In this document: positions 1 through 13,777 of the stretch, one piece after another
Layout: every line of letters begins with the position of its first letter
Numbering within the stretch: the stretch's first letter is position 1
Assembly (NCBI GenBank): GCA_964187785.1
Contig: OZ076409.1
Coordinates: 76,262,001-76,326,000, forward strand
Length of the DNA stretch: 64,000 nt
Direction of reading: 5' to 3'
DNA from: Amphiscolops sp. MND2022
Lineage: Eukaryota
The notes under the pieces: model-generated
What the model was told of the DNA's origin: nothing
What the model saw: only the letters and a program-made list of their open reading frames with translations
Databases searched by the model: none
Translations under genes and position numbers: made by a program

Positions 1-1355
1 TTTCCAAAGTTATTCGCCCCCCACCGGGTTCCAGCGTGATTGAAATATTTTGACGGGGTACACGGGCGACCGTTAGGGGTCATTTTGGGGGTAAAATTCA
101 TATTGGGCCACATAACTTTTTTTCTGTTGATTTAAAACTTTGGGACCCTGCTAAAAGTTTCTTGACCATGTTGCAGGGGCCCCGGAGGTCCAAACCAAAT
201 TTTTCTATCTTGAAGCTATCTCCAAGTACCCCCCCGCCCAAACCGTTATTTTTCCGGAAACGCCGGTTTTTGACCCGGAAGGAGTCGTCTGAGCGCGGGG
301 TCGTTAGGTGATGTATTGGGGACGGCCTTGAGACGAAGCGGGGGATATATAGTTTGCCGACCCCAGTTTACCCCCCGCACGGGAAATGACCGTTATATGA
401 GCGGGAAAAATGCCCCCCTCCACGTTTTACCGCTATTTCCGGTGTGAAGGAGTGGGAGTAGCGCGTCGGGTGTTATATATCAAAAGTAGGTTTAGACAAG
501 GATCTATCAGGAACATGTAGTTTGGGACCCCCTGGACCAACCCGCTAGCGGGAAATGGCGCTTCCGCCTCCTTTTTTTACTGCTAAAACCGTAAAATGGG
601 CATTGAGGGGTAAATATCTCGTGAACGCGTGGAGCTACGATGTCCTTCACTACTACAAGGTTTCATACCCATGATATGGTGCCTTTAGGGGGGCAAACAG
701 ATTTCCGCTATCTATCACCGTTACCGACTTGGCCCCTCAGCCTAACCGCTATGTGACCGGAAATGTCACTTTTTGAGCCCAAAGGGTCGGTCCCAGCCGG
801 GGAACGTTAGGTAACTTATTGTAGTACTCAATGAGACGAGTTGGGGGATATAGTTTCAGTCACCCCCCGTTACCCCTTGGGACCGGAAATGACCGTTATG
901 TGGGTAAAATTGCAATTTTTATACTTTTTCAAGTGTATTTAGGTGCGGAAGGAGTGGTAATAGGTGCTTGGACACTATATGAGGTAAGGGAGGACGTGAG
1001 GCGAGCATTCGGAAATGACCGTTATGTTGACCCTAAAATCCCCCTGGTACCGTAAACGACCGGAAATGGTCAAATTTTGTGTCTATTGGGTACAAATGTT
1101 TAGTATTTTGTAGATAAAAGTATCTATTAGGTGTTTCGACGGTCTGCAATAGTGAACATAGTCATGAAACCTTGTGGGGGGTAGCGGGGTATATAGCACC
1201 GGAAGTCCAAACCGTTGGACACAGGATAGGTTTTTGGTTTGAAAATGTCTTTCGGCGTACTTTTGTCGACTATTATGGACTATTATTAAAAATTAAAGTT
1301 TTTCCATATAGTTTCAGAGACTCCGAAACCTCAACCAACATAACCGTTACATTTT

Positions 1356-1399
1356 GATAGCCTTTCAAGTTGGCCTGGTGTCAACTTGGAAGCGCTATC
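1356..1399 (+). other. Long bulged hairpin GATAGCCTTTCAAGTTGGC-loop-GTCAACTTGGAAG(C)GCTATC (first example; families A, B, D)
   Basis: Imperfect palindrome, also at about 3329, 5303, 7278, 9250, 10783, 13455, 17486, 34654 and 37420. Confidence 0.85.
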
Positions 1400-1742
1400 C
1401 TTCTGAAATCGTTAATCAAGAGTGTTTTTGGGTAGGTATATATTGCATTAGTACCAATTAGAGCTTCATCAACAGTGTTTCAACGACAAAAACTATGCCG
1501 TCAGGATTCCGTTATTAGAATCATAGTGAGCAAATTGTTGAAAAAAATGGTTTTTTCCATACAAAATGTGTCCTAAATGCCAGGAAACCTATTTACCTAA
1601 CAAATGGTATTAATTGGAATGTATGTAACAGATTTATAAAAGTTCAAGTTGAATATTACATTTCATTATGGAAGCTGAAACCTCACGTTTTAGGTCACTT
1701 AGCGTCAACGCCACATACTTTACATCAACGCCCACTGTCTGT

Positions 1743-1762
1743 GGGCATGCCGAGGCATGCCC
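1743..1762 (+). other. Conserved subterminal hairpin GGGCATGCC-GA-GGCATGCCC (first example; precedes 25 of the 33 junctions)
   Basis: Perfect 9-bp stem inside the conserved block caacgcccaccgtc(c/t)gtgggcatgccgaggcatgcccttcgacgacgtat, ending roughly 45-60 nt before CTAG. Confidence 0.9.
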
Positions 1763-4700
1763 TTCGACGACGTATACCAATTACATATATATCTACACCC
1801 ACCCGCGGTAGCAGCTAGGTGCGGGGGGGAAACCCCATCCCTTATCTTGGAGGATTCGGGTAGGGTCCTGAATCCGAGTTCAGTGCCGCCAGCTCTCAGT
1901 AGAAATCTGGGCATTTTTTTGCGATCTCGTGATCTAACCATAGGATTTTAAAGTTGGAGCGGCCCCCACCAGATTTTCCAAAGTTATTCGCCCCCCACCG
2001 GGTTCCAGCGTGATTGAAATATTCTGACGGGGTACACGGGCAACCGTTAGGGGTCATTTTGGGGGTAAAATTTATAAAAGTTCGCATAACTTTTTTCCTG
2101 TTGGTTTAAAACTTTAGGACCCTGCTAAAAGTTTCTTGACCATGTTGCAGGGGTCCCGGAGGTCCAAACCAAAATTTTCTATCTTGAAGCTATCTCCAAG
2201 TACCCCCCCGCCCAAACCGTTATTTTTCCGGAAACGCCGGTTTTTGACCCGGAAGGAGTCGTCTGAGCGCGGGATCGTTAGGTGATGTTTTGGGGACGGC
2301 CTCGAGACGAAGCGGGGGATATATAGTTTGCCGACCCCAGTTTACCCCCCGCACGGGAAATGACCGTTATATGAGCGGGAAAAATGCCCCCCTCCACGTT
2401 TTACCGCTATTTCCGGTGTGAAGGAGTGGGAGTAGCGCGTCGCGTGTTATATAACAAAAGTAGGTTTAGACAAGGACCTATCGGAAACATGTAGTTTGGG
2501 ACCCCCTGGTCCAACCCGTTAGCGGGAAATGGGGCTTCCGCCTCTTTTTTTTACTGCTAAAACCGTAAAATGGGCATTGAGGGGTAAATATCTCGTGAAC
2601 GCGTGGAGCAATCGTGTCCATCACTACTACAAGGTTTCATACCCATGATATGGTGCCTTCAGGGGGGCAAACAGATTTCCGCTATCTATCACCGTTACCG
2701 ACTTGGCCCCCCAGCCTAACCGCTATGTGACCGGAAATGTCACTTTTTGAGCCCAAAGGGTCGGTCCCAGCCGGGGAACGTTAGGTAACTTATTGTAGTA
2801 CTCAATGAGACGAGTTGGGGGATATAGTTTCAGTCACCCCCCGTTACCCCTTGGGACCGGAAATGACCGTTATGTGGGTAAAATTGCAATTTTTATACTT
2901 TTCAAGTGTATTTAGGTGCGGAATGAGTGGTAATAGGTGCTTGGACACTATATGAGGTAAGGGAGGACGTGAGGCGAGCATTCGGAAATAACCGTTATGT
3001 TGACCCTAAAGTCCCCCTGGTACCGTAAACGACCGGAAATGGTCAAATTTTGTGTCTATTGGGTACAAATTTTTAGTATTTTGTAGATAAAAGTATCTAT
3101 TAGGTGTTTCGACGGTCTGCAATAGTGAACATAGTCATGAAACCTTGTGGGGGGTAACGGGGTATATAGCACCGGAAGTCCAAACCGTTGGACAGAGGAT
3201 AGGTTTTTGGTTTGAAAATGTCTTTCGGCGTACTTTTGTCGACTATTATGGACTATTATTAAAAATTAAAGTTTTTCCATATAGTTTCAGAGACTCCGAA
3301 ACCTCAACCAACATAACCGTTACATTTTGATAGCCTTTCAAGTTGGCCTGGTGTCAACTTGGAAGCGCTATCTTTCTGAAATCGTTAATCAAGAGTGTTT
3401 TTGGGTAGGTATATATTGCATTAGTACCAATTAGAGCTTCATCAACAGTGTATCAACGACAAAAACTATGCCGTCATGATTCCGTTATCAGAATCATAGT
3501 GAGCAAATTGTTGAAAAAAACTGGTTTTTTCCATACAAAATGTGTCCTAAATGCCAGGAAACCTATCTACCTAACAAATGGTATTAATTGGAATGTATGT
3601 AACAGATTTATAAAAGTTCAAATTGATTATTACGTTTCATTATGGAAACTGAAACGTAATATTTTAGTTTAATTAACGTCAACGCCACACACTTTACATC
3701 AACGCCCACCGTCTGTGGGCATGCCGAGGCATGCCCTTCGACGACATATACCAAATACATACCTAACGACGCCCGTACATCCCGGGCTAGGTGCGGGGGG
3801 GTAACCCCAACAAAATTTTTGGAGGATTCGGGTAGGGTCCTGAATCCGATCTTAGTACCGTCAGCTATCAGTAGAAAATTTCCCTCAAAAACCGGGATCT
3901 CGGGAACTAACCGTAGGATTTGAAAGTTGGAGCGGCCCCCACCAGATTTTCCCGAATAAATCGCCCCCCACCGGGCTCCATACCCCGGAAAATTTTTTTT
4001 TGGCCACACGGGCGACTGTTAGGGGGTCATTTTAGGGGTAAATTTCATATTTGTCCATAAAACTTTTTTCCTGTTGGTTTAAAAGTTTGGGAACCCTGCT
4101 AAAGGTTTTTCGACCATGTTGCAAGGGCTCCGGAGGTGCAAACCAAATTTTTCTATCTTGAAGCTATCTCCAAGTACCCCCCCGCTCAAACCGTTATTTT
4201 TCCGGAAACGCAGGTTTTTGACCCGGAAGGAGTCGTCTGAGCGCGGGGTCGTTAGGTGATGTTTTGGGGACGGCCTTGAGACAAAGTGGGGGACATGTAG
4301 TTTGCCGACCCCAGTTTACCCCCTGGACGGGAAATGACCGTTATATGAGCGGAAAAAATGCCCCCCTCCACGTTTTACCGCTATTTCCGGTGTGAAGGAG
4401 TGGGAGTAGCGCGTCGGGTGTTATATAACAAAAGTAGGTTTAGACAAGGATCTATCAAAAACATGTGGTTTGAGACCCCCTGACCCAACCCGTTAGCGGG
4501 AAATGGGGCTTCCGCCTCCTTTTTTTTCGGTTAAAAACGGAAAATGGGCATTGAGGGGTAAATATCTCGTGAACGCGTGGAGCTACGGTGTCCTTCACTA
4601 CTACAAGGTTTCATACCCATGATATGGTGCCTTCAGGGGGGCAAACAGATTTCCGCTATCTATCACCGTTACGGACTTGGCCCCCCAGCCTAACCGCTAT

Positions 4701-7700
4701 GTGACCGGAAATGTCACTTTTTGAGCCCAAAGGGTCGGTCCCAGCAAGGGAACGTTAGATAACTTTTTGTAGTACTCATTGAGACGAGTTGGGGGACATA
4801 GTTTCAGTCACCCCCCGTTACCCCTTGTGACCGGAAATGACCGTTATGTGGGTAAAATTGGGATTTTTGTACTTTTTGAAGGGCAATTAGGTGCGGAAGG
4901 AGTGGTAATAGGTGCTTGGACACTATATGATGGAATGGAGGACGTGAGGCGAACATTCAGACATAACCGTTATGTTGACCCTAAAGTCCCCCTGGTACCG
5001 TAAACGACCGGAAATGGTCAAATTTTGTGTCTATTGGGTACAAATGTTTGGTATTTTGTAAATAAAAGTATCTATTAGGTGTTTCGACGGTCTGCAGTAG
5101 TGAACATAGTCATGAAACCTTGTGGGGGGTAACGGTATATAGCACCAGAAGTCCAAAACGTTAGAGACGGGATAGGTTTTTCCGTTTTAAAATGTCTTTC
5201 GGCGTACTTTTGTCAACTAATATGGAATATTTTTTAAAATTAAAGTTTTTCCATATAGTTTCAGAGACTCCCAAACCTCAAACAACATAACCGTTACCTT
5301 ATGATAGCCTTTCAAGTTGGCCTGGTGTCAACTTGGAAGGGCTATCCTTCAAAAATCGTTGATCAAGTGTGTTTTTGGGTATGTTTGAATCATTTTAGAA
5401 TCAATTAGAGCTTCAAGAAATGTTTGCCAACGACAAAAACTATGTCGTGATGATTCCGTTATTAGAGTAATAGTTAACAAAATATTGATTAAGTTGATTT
5501 TTTACATTTCAAAAGTGTCCTAAAAGCCAGAAAACCTCTTTACCAAACTAATGATATTGATTGAATTGTATATAACAGGTAATAAAAGTTCAAATTGAAT
5601 ATTACGTTTCATTTTGTAAGCTGAAACGTCATATTATAGTTTAATTAACGTCAACGCCACATACTTTACATCAACGCCCACCGTCTGTGGGCATGCCGAG
5701 GCATGCCCTTCGACGACGTATACCAAACACCCTCCATATCTACACCCTAACCGCGGTAGCAGCTAGGTGCGGGGGGGTAACCCCAACAAATATATTGGAG
5801 GATTCGGGTAGGGTCCTGAATCCGATTTTAACTCTAATAGCTATCGATAGGAAATCTTGCAAAAATTTCGGGATCTCGTGATCTAACCATAGGATTTTAA
5901 AGTTGGAGCGGCCCCCACCAGATTTTCCAAAAATTAGCGCCCCCCACCGGGTTCCAAACCCCGGAAAATTTTTTTCTGGCCACACGGGCGACCGTTAGGG
6001 GGTCATTTTAGGGGTAAAATTCATATTGGGCCACATAACTTTTTTTCGGTTGATTTAAAACTTTGGAACCCTGCTAAAAGTTTCTTGACCGTGTTGCAGG
6101 GGCCCCGAAGGTCCAAACCAATTTTTTCTATCTTGAAGCTATCTCCAAGTACCCCCCCGCTCAAACCGTTATTTTTCCGGAAACGCAGGTTTTTGACCCG
6201 GAAGGAGTCGTCTGAGCGCGGGGTCGTTAGGTGATGTATTGGGGACGGCCTTGAGACGAAGTGGGGGACAAGTAGTTTGCCAACCTCAATTTCCCCCCCG
6301 GACGGGAAATGACCGTTATATGAGCGTGAAAAATGCCCCCCTCCACGTTTTACCGCTATTTCCGGTGTGAAGGAGTGGGAGTAGCGCGTCGGGTGTTATA
6401 TAACAAAAGTAGGTTTAGACAAGGACCTATCGGAAACATGTAGTTTGGGACCCCCTGGACCAACCCGTTAGCGGGAAATGGGGCTTCCGCCTCCTTTTTT
6501 TAGTGCTAAAACCGTAAAATGGGCATTGAGGGGTAAATATCTCGTGAACGCGTGGAGCAATCGTGTCCATCACTACTATAAGGTTTCATACCCATGATAT
6601 GGTGCCTTCAGGGGGGCAAACAGATTTCCGCTATCTATCACCGTTACCGACTTGGCCCCCCAGCCTAACCGCTATTTGACCGGAAATGTTACTTTTTGAG
6701 CCCAAAGGGTCGGTCCCAGCCGGGGAACGTTAGGTAACTTATTGTAGTACTCAATGAGACGAGTTGGGGGATATAGTTTCAGTCACCCCCCGTTACCCCT
6801 TGGGACCGGAAATGACCGTTATGTGGGTAAAATTGCAATTTTTATACTTTTTCAAGTGTATTTAGGTGCGGAAGGAGTGGTAATAGGTGCTTGGACACTA
6901 TATGAGGTAAGGGAGGACGTGAGGCGAGCATTCGGAAATAACCGTTATGTTGACCCTAAAGTCCCCCTGGTACCGTAAACGACCGGAAATGGTCAAATTT
7001 TGTGTCTATTGGGTACAAATGTTTTGTATTTTGTAGATAAAAGTATCTATTAGGTGTTTCGACGGTCTACAGTAGTGAACATAGTCATGAAACCTTGTGG
7101 GGGGTAACGGTATATAGCACCGGAAGTCAAACCGTTGGAGACAGGATAGGTTTTTTTGGTTTTAAAATGTCTTTCGGCGTAATTTTTTCGACTCTTGTGG
7201 ACTATTTTAAAAAAATTAAAGTTTTTCCATATAGTTTCAGAGACTCCGAAACCTCAACCAACATAACCGTTACCTTATGATAGCCTTTCAAGTTGGCCTG
7301 GTGTCAACTTGGAAGCGCTATCCTTCTGAAATCGTTAATCAAGAGTGTTTTTGGGTAGGTATATATTGCATTAGTACCAATTAGAGCTTCATCAACAGTG
7401 TATCAACGACAAAAACTATGCCGTCATGATTCCGTTATTAGAATCATAGTGAGCAAATTGTTGAAAAAAATGGTTTTTTCCATACAAAATGTGTCCTAAA
7501 TGCCAGGAAACCTATTTACCTAACAAATGGTATTAATTGGAATGTTTGTAACAGATTTATAAAAGTTCAAATTGAATATTACATTTCATTATGGAAGCTG
7601 AAACGTCATATTTTAGTTTAATTAACGTCAACGCCACACACTTTAAATCAACGCACACCGTCTGTGGGCATGCCGAGGCATGCCCTTCGACGACGTATGA

Positions 7701-9710
7701 CAAATCCTTATCAAACGACGCCCGTACATCCCGGGCTAGGTGCGGGGGGGTAACCCCAACAAAAATTTTGGAGGATTCGGGTAGGGTCCTGAATCCGATT
7801 TCAACTCTAATAGCTATCGATAGGAAATCTTGCAAAAATTTCGGGATCTCGTGATCTAACCATAGGATTTTAAAGTTGGAGCGGCCCCCACCAGATTTTC
7901 CAAAATTGATCGCCCCCCACCGGGTTCCATACCCCGGAAAATTTTTTTCTGGCCACACGGGCGACCGTTAGGGGGTCATTTTAGGGGTAAAATTCATATT
8001 GGGCCACATAACTTTTTTTCTGTTGATTTAAAACTTTGGGACCCTGCTAAAAGTTTCTTGACCGTGTTGCAGTGGCTCCGGAGGTCCAAACCAAATTTTT
8101 CTATCTTGAAGCTATCTCCAAGTACCCCCCCGCTCAAACCGTTATTTTCCCGGAAACGCAGGTTTTTGACCCGGAAGGAGTCGTCTGAGCGCGGGGTCGT
8201 TAGGTGATGTATTGGGGACGGCCTTGAGACGAAGTGGGGGACATGAAGTTTGCCAACCTCAGTTTACCCCCCGGACGGGAAATGACCGTTATATGAGCGG
8301 GAAAAATGCCCCCCTCCACGTTTTACCGCTATTTCCGGTGTGAAGGAGTGGGAGTAGCGCGTCGGGTGCCATATATCAAAAGTAGGTTTCGACAAGGATC
8401 TATCGGAAACATGTGGTTTGGGACCCCCTGGACCAACCCGTTAGCAGGAAATGGGGCTTCCGGCCCGTTTTTTTACGGTTAAAAACGGAAAATGGGCATT
8501 GAGGGGTAAATATCTCGTGAACGCGTGGAGCTACGGTGTCCATCACTACTACAAGGTTTCATACCCATGATATGGTGCCTTCAGGGGGGCAAACAGATTT
8601 CCGCTATCTATCACCGTTACCGACTTGGCCCCCCAGCCTAACCGCTATTTGACCGGAAATGTCACTTTTTGAGCCCAAAGGGTCGGTCCCAGCCAGGGAA
8701 CGTTAGGTAACTTATTGTAGTACTCATTGAGACGAGTTGGGGGACATAGTTTCAGTCACCCCCCGTTACCCCTTAAGACCGGAAATGACCGTTATGTGGG
8801 TAAAATTGCAATTTTTGTTCTTTTTGAAGGGCATTTAGGTGCGGAAGGAGTGGTAATAGGTGCTTGGACACTATATGAGGTAAGGGAGGATATGAGGCGA
8901 GCATTCGGAAATAACCGTTATGTTGACCCTAAAGTCCCCCTGGTACCGTAAACGACCGGAAATGGTCAACTTTTGTGTTTATAAGGTACAAATGTTTGGT
9001 ATTTTGTAGATAAAAGTATCTATTAGGTGTTTCGACGGTCTGCAGTAGTGAACATAGTCATGAAACCTTGTGGGGGGTAACGGTATATAGCACCGGAAGT
9101 CCAAACCGTTGGAGACCGGATATGTTTTTGGTTTTAAAATGTCTTTCAGCGTACTTTTGTCGACTATTAAAGACTATTTTTATAAAATAAAATTTTTCCA
9201 TATAGTTTCAGAGACTCCGAAACCTCAACCAACCTAACCGTTACCTCATGATAGCCTTTCAAGTTGGCCTGGTGTCAACTTGGAAGGGCTATCCTTCAAA
9301 AATCGTTAATCAAGTTTGTTTTTGGGTATGTTTGTATCATTTTACAATCAATTAGAGATTCAAGAAAAGTTTGCCATCGACAAAAACTATGTCGTAGTGA
9401 TTCCGTTATTAGAATAATAGTTAGCAAATTGTTGAGAAAAATGATTTTTTCCATATAAAATGTGTCCTAAATGCCAGGAAACCTATTTACCTAACAAATG
9501 GTATTGATTCGAATGTATGTAACAGATTTATAAAAGTTCAAATTGATTATTACCTTTCATTATGGAAGCTGAAACGTAATATTTTAGTTTAATTAACGTC
9601 AACGCCACACACTTTACATCAACGCCCACCGTCTGTGGGCATGCCGAGGCATGCCCTTCGACGACGTATGACAAATCCATATCAAACGACGCCCGTACAT
9701 CCCGGGCTAG

Positions 9711-11113
9711 GTGGTCGGGTATTTTTTTTGCTCGTATATGACGTTTGCGAGGCTTTGGGGAGGGCCCCGTGCCGAGCCTGTTCCGAAAATCGCCACATGT
9801 AGAAATCTGGCACTAAAATGCGAGATCTCAAAAAGTAGCCGTTAGAATTCTCTGAAATTTTGCATGTGGCTCAGAATTAATGAGTAATGAAAAAGTGTAG
9901 AAGTGACGGTCGCTGGAAAAATGGTCCTTGTTGCACTTTTTGCGCAATTTTTGTCTGATTGTTGCGTTTTTTATGTCATTTTCGACTTTTCAAGCAAAAA
10001 ACTCATGGATGCTTTGTTCCTAGCGCATCAAGTGTGGAGCACGAAAAGTTGCAGCATCTCCAATTGCGTATGCTGAGAAAATTTGGTTGCCGTCGGGTTA
10101 CCCCCCACAGAGGTAGAGGGGTACTTCCGGTTATTTTTGACCCCCTAAATTAGGTAAACTGCTAATTTTTGTAATGAAGCCGTAGATTTAGCGTGTCCGC
10201 ACCCTGCTGAAGTTTTGTTAGGCATTTTGATAGAGACCCAATGACATGTGTTCAATTCAACCCCCATCACCCCCTTGACCGGAAATGAACTTTTTTGTGT
10301 ACATTCAGACCGGAAGTCTCCATTTTCACCGGTAAGCAGTCCTTGAACGAGCAACTAGCAGGATATCAAAATTGAAGTATAACCCAGGGTCAACTTAATG
10401 ACCACGTGTTGTCCAGTCATGGGTTTCACTATGACCGGAAATGGGCTCAAAACCCCACTTTTAGTAGTTTTTTATCAATTTGAATAGTGTTTGGTCCACA
10501 TTCAGGTGGCGTAAGTCACTTGCACCAGTGTGAGTATTAACTGCATGTTCACTGCGTAGACGTAACTGACACTGTCAGATACCGGAAGTAACCCCATGTG
10601 ACCGGAAGTGGTCAATTTTGACCGGAAATGGTCCAAAAAGTAGCGTAAAAGCAGTTTTTCACTACTTTTTAGGGACAATTTTTTACTTTTTTTTCAATCT
10701 GAATGCCTCCTTTATACTACCAAAGCTAACATCGTTGCCTGTTTTGCTAAAGATTTGGCAATTGATTACCTTTATCAACCCCGATAGCCTTCCAAGTTGA
10801 CCTTGGGTCAATCTTGAAGGCTATCTATACTTAAAACGAAAAATCGAGATAAGTTGTTTTCTCCATTACGTTGATAATTTTTCCTTGATGTCAAATTGTT
10901 AAGCAAAGACTTTTAAGCAAATTAATGATCTAAATCTTGTTCAGAGGTCTCACCCTGAGGAAGATTATTTGAGATTGAAGTAAACTGAGAATGAGGTTAG
11001 TATTTGTCAACATCAGAGAATCTTATCAACGCCCACCGTCTGTGGGCATGCCGAGGCATGCCCTTCGACGACGTATGCCAAATAGCGCCACAGGGCGCCC
11101 ACACTTTTGCTAG
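9711..11113 (+). mobile_element. Family B non-autonomous unit (1403 bp)
   Basis: Starts GTGGTCGGGTATTTT; similar to the units at 12388 and 33587. Confidence 0.82.
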
Positions 11114-12387
11114 GTGGCCGGGAACTTTTTTTCCTGCATTTTTCTGTCCAATTGGGGGAGGGGCCCCAAGTGGCTGTTATCCGGTTTTACTACCTACCCT
11201 AAACACGCTCAAAAAATGACGATCTCGAAAACCACCCCTTAGATTTTCCTGAAACTTTGCATACAGGCTTAGAATCAAATCCTAAGAACTATTTCCTACT
11301 GGCGTTTTTCTGAATTTTTTCAAAAAGTTGGTCAAAAATGCAACAAAAGTTGCCAATGGACATAAAAAACGCAACTTTTCGACTTTGAGGGCTCATAACT
11401 TTTTCCAGAGTGCCCGGAGCAATTCGCACAGTAAGAACAATATTGCTCAGCATTGTTGGAGGAGTGCGTGGACAAATTTGGGGTTGAATTGGATGAAAAT
11501 TGACCGAGAAATAAACGAAAATTTTGGTGCATTTGTTGCAAATACCAGTTTATCTCTGCCATTTTCGCCCAAAATTTTTCCCAGAGCCTTTACAGGAGGC
11601 AACCCCTGCCCAAATTTCTGCCGTGCAAACCCATTTGGCCCTAAATACGAGGTTTCAGCGTTCTAGCATTTCCTGGCAAAAAGTTGTGGGACTCAGAAAA
11701 ATTTCAAAAAAACGCAAAAATTGTAAAAATTAACTTCTGGCGTCCCAAAGTCAAAAAACTTTCACACAACTAGTATTGCAAGTGAATGCATGTGGAAAGT
11801 ACTTGCATAGACGAGAAAAATGAGCTATAGAACGACTCTGTAGCTTAATCTGACGTTGACTTATGACATTTTGAGTGTGAGCTTCCTATAGGATTTTAAT
11901 GTCAAAAATGAGATTTTGTAAGTCATGTCTAATCAAAAACTCATCGGAATACGTTCAAACATCCCCATAGCTGTTCAATTACAGTGGCTCAGTAGAGCAA
12001 CGCCATTTAATGTCCTTGGACCCATTTTGAAAATTTTCCTTACCGTCTTATTCGTCCGATATCACGAAACAGTTGAGTACATTCCATCTCCCCCCTTGTG
12101 GGGGAGATGAGAATGTACTCGCCAAAGACCTGATACAGTGGCCCATATTGAGTTTTATTTGACTTTTCTCACGATATTGCACACGGATAGCTGTGTTTGG
12201 TAAAAGTTTTCCTTTGCACAATGTCTCCAGAAGCTAAACCACTTCTTTAGCTTACACTTCTACTCAAACATCACCAACGTCAACGCCACATACTCGCATC
12301 AACGCCCACCGTCCGTGGGCATGCCGAGGCATGCCCTTCGACGACGTATGCCAAATAGCGCCACCTGGCGCCCCCAATTTCCGCTAG
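11114..12387 (+). mobile_element. Family C non-autonomous unit (1274 bp)
   Basis: Starts GTGGCCGGGAACTTTT; similar to the units at 13778 and 51342. Confidence 0.82.
12075..12120 (+). other. Long bulged hairpin GAGTACATTCCATCTCCCC-loop-GGGGAGATG(A)GAATGTACTC (first example; present in the roughly 1.27-kb units)
   Basis: About 20-bp stem with a 1-nt bulge, roughly 240-300 bp upstream of the unit end; the loop is variable. Confidence 0.88.
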
Positions 12388-13777
12388 GTGGTCGGGTATT
12401 TTTTTTTACTCGTAGATGGCGTTTGCGAGGCTTTGGGGAGGGCCCCGTGCCGAGCCTGTACCGAAATTTACCACATACCAGAAGTGTCCGATTTAATCGA
12501 GATCTCAAAAACTAACCGTTAGAATTCTCTGAAATTTTGCATGTGGCCCCTAATCAATGAGTAATGAAAAAGTGTAGGAGTGACGGTTGTTGAAAAACTT
12601 GTCTTTGTTGCACTTTTTGCGCAATTTTTGTCGCATTGTTGCGTTTTTTATGTCATTTTCAACTTTTCAAGCAAAAAACTCATAGATACTTTGTTCCTAG
12701 CGTATCAAGTGTGGAGCACGAAAAGTTGCAGCATCTTCCATTACGTATGCTGAGAAAATTTGGTTGCCCTCGGATTACCCCCCACAGAGATAGAGGGGTG
12801 CATCCGTGTATTTTTGACCCCTAAATTTGGGAGATTGCTAATTTCCGTAATAAAGCCGTAGATTTAGCGCGTGCACACCCTGCTGACGATTTGTTAGGCA
12901 TTTTGAGATAGATCCGATGACATGCGTTGAGTTCACCCCCATCACCCCCTTGACCGGAAATGAGCGTTTTTGTGCACTTTCAGACCGGAAGTCTCCATTT
13001 TCACCGGTGAGGAGGCACTGTACGAGCAACTAGCAGGAAATCAAAAGTGAAGTATAAACTGGGGTCAACTTAATGACCACGTTTTGTCCAGACATGGGTT
13101 TCGCTATGACCGGAAATGGGCTTAAAACCCCCTTTTGGTAGTATTTTTATCAATTTTCCTTGTGTTTGGTCCACATTCAAGTTGCGTAAGTCAGTTGAAC
13201 CAGTGAGAGCATAAAATATATATTCACTGCGTAGTCGTAACTGACACTGCCAGATACCGGAAGTAACCCCCTGTGACCGGAAGAGGTCAATTTTGACCGG
13301 AAATGGTCCAAAAAGTAGCGTAAATGCAGTTTTCAATGCTTTTTAAGGTCAAGTTATTAGTATTTTTTGATTTGAATGCTTTTTTCCACGCAAAAAGCTA
13401 ACATCGTTGCATTTTTTGCTGAAGATCGGAAAAGTGATCACCATTATCACCCCCGATAGCCTTTCAAGTTGACCTTTGGTCAATCTTGAAGGCTATCTGT
13501 TCTGAAAACGAAAAATAGTGGAATTTTGTTTCCTCCTTTCTCTTGATATTTTTCCTTCAAGTCAATTTGTCAAAAGAAAGACATTTGTTCAACTGAGTTA
13601 TCTGAATCCTGTCCAGAGGTGTCACCCGGACGAATACCATTTCAAGCTGAAGTACACAAATCAGGGTTGTATTAGACATCACACACTCCTACCAACTCCC
13701 ACCGTCTGTGGGCATGCCGAGGCATGCCCTTCGACGACGTATGCCAAATAGCGCTACAGGGCGCCCACATTTGCTAG
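12388..13777 (+). mobile_element. Family B non-autonomous unit (1390 bp)
   Basis: CTAG|GTG bounded; similar to the unit at 9711. Confidence 0.82.

Larger units (their letters stand above)
1..9710 (+). mobile_element. Family A non-autonomous units, five in tandem (1-1818 partial, 1819-3790, 3791-5766, 5767-7739, 7740-9710; 1971-1976 bp)
   Basis: Highly similar units starting GTGCGGGGGGG, rich in internal GACCGGAAATG repeats, with the shared terminal hairpin and CTAG end. No credible ORF. Confidence 0.85.

Noticed and set aside
1..9710. Tandem rRNA, 5S, tRNA, snRNA or histone gene cluster
   Set aside because: No recognisable RNA-gene or histone sequence. The units share termini and hairpins with the transposon-related units.
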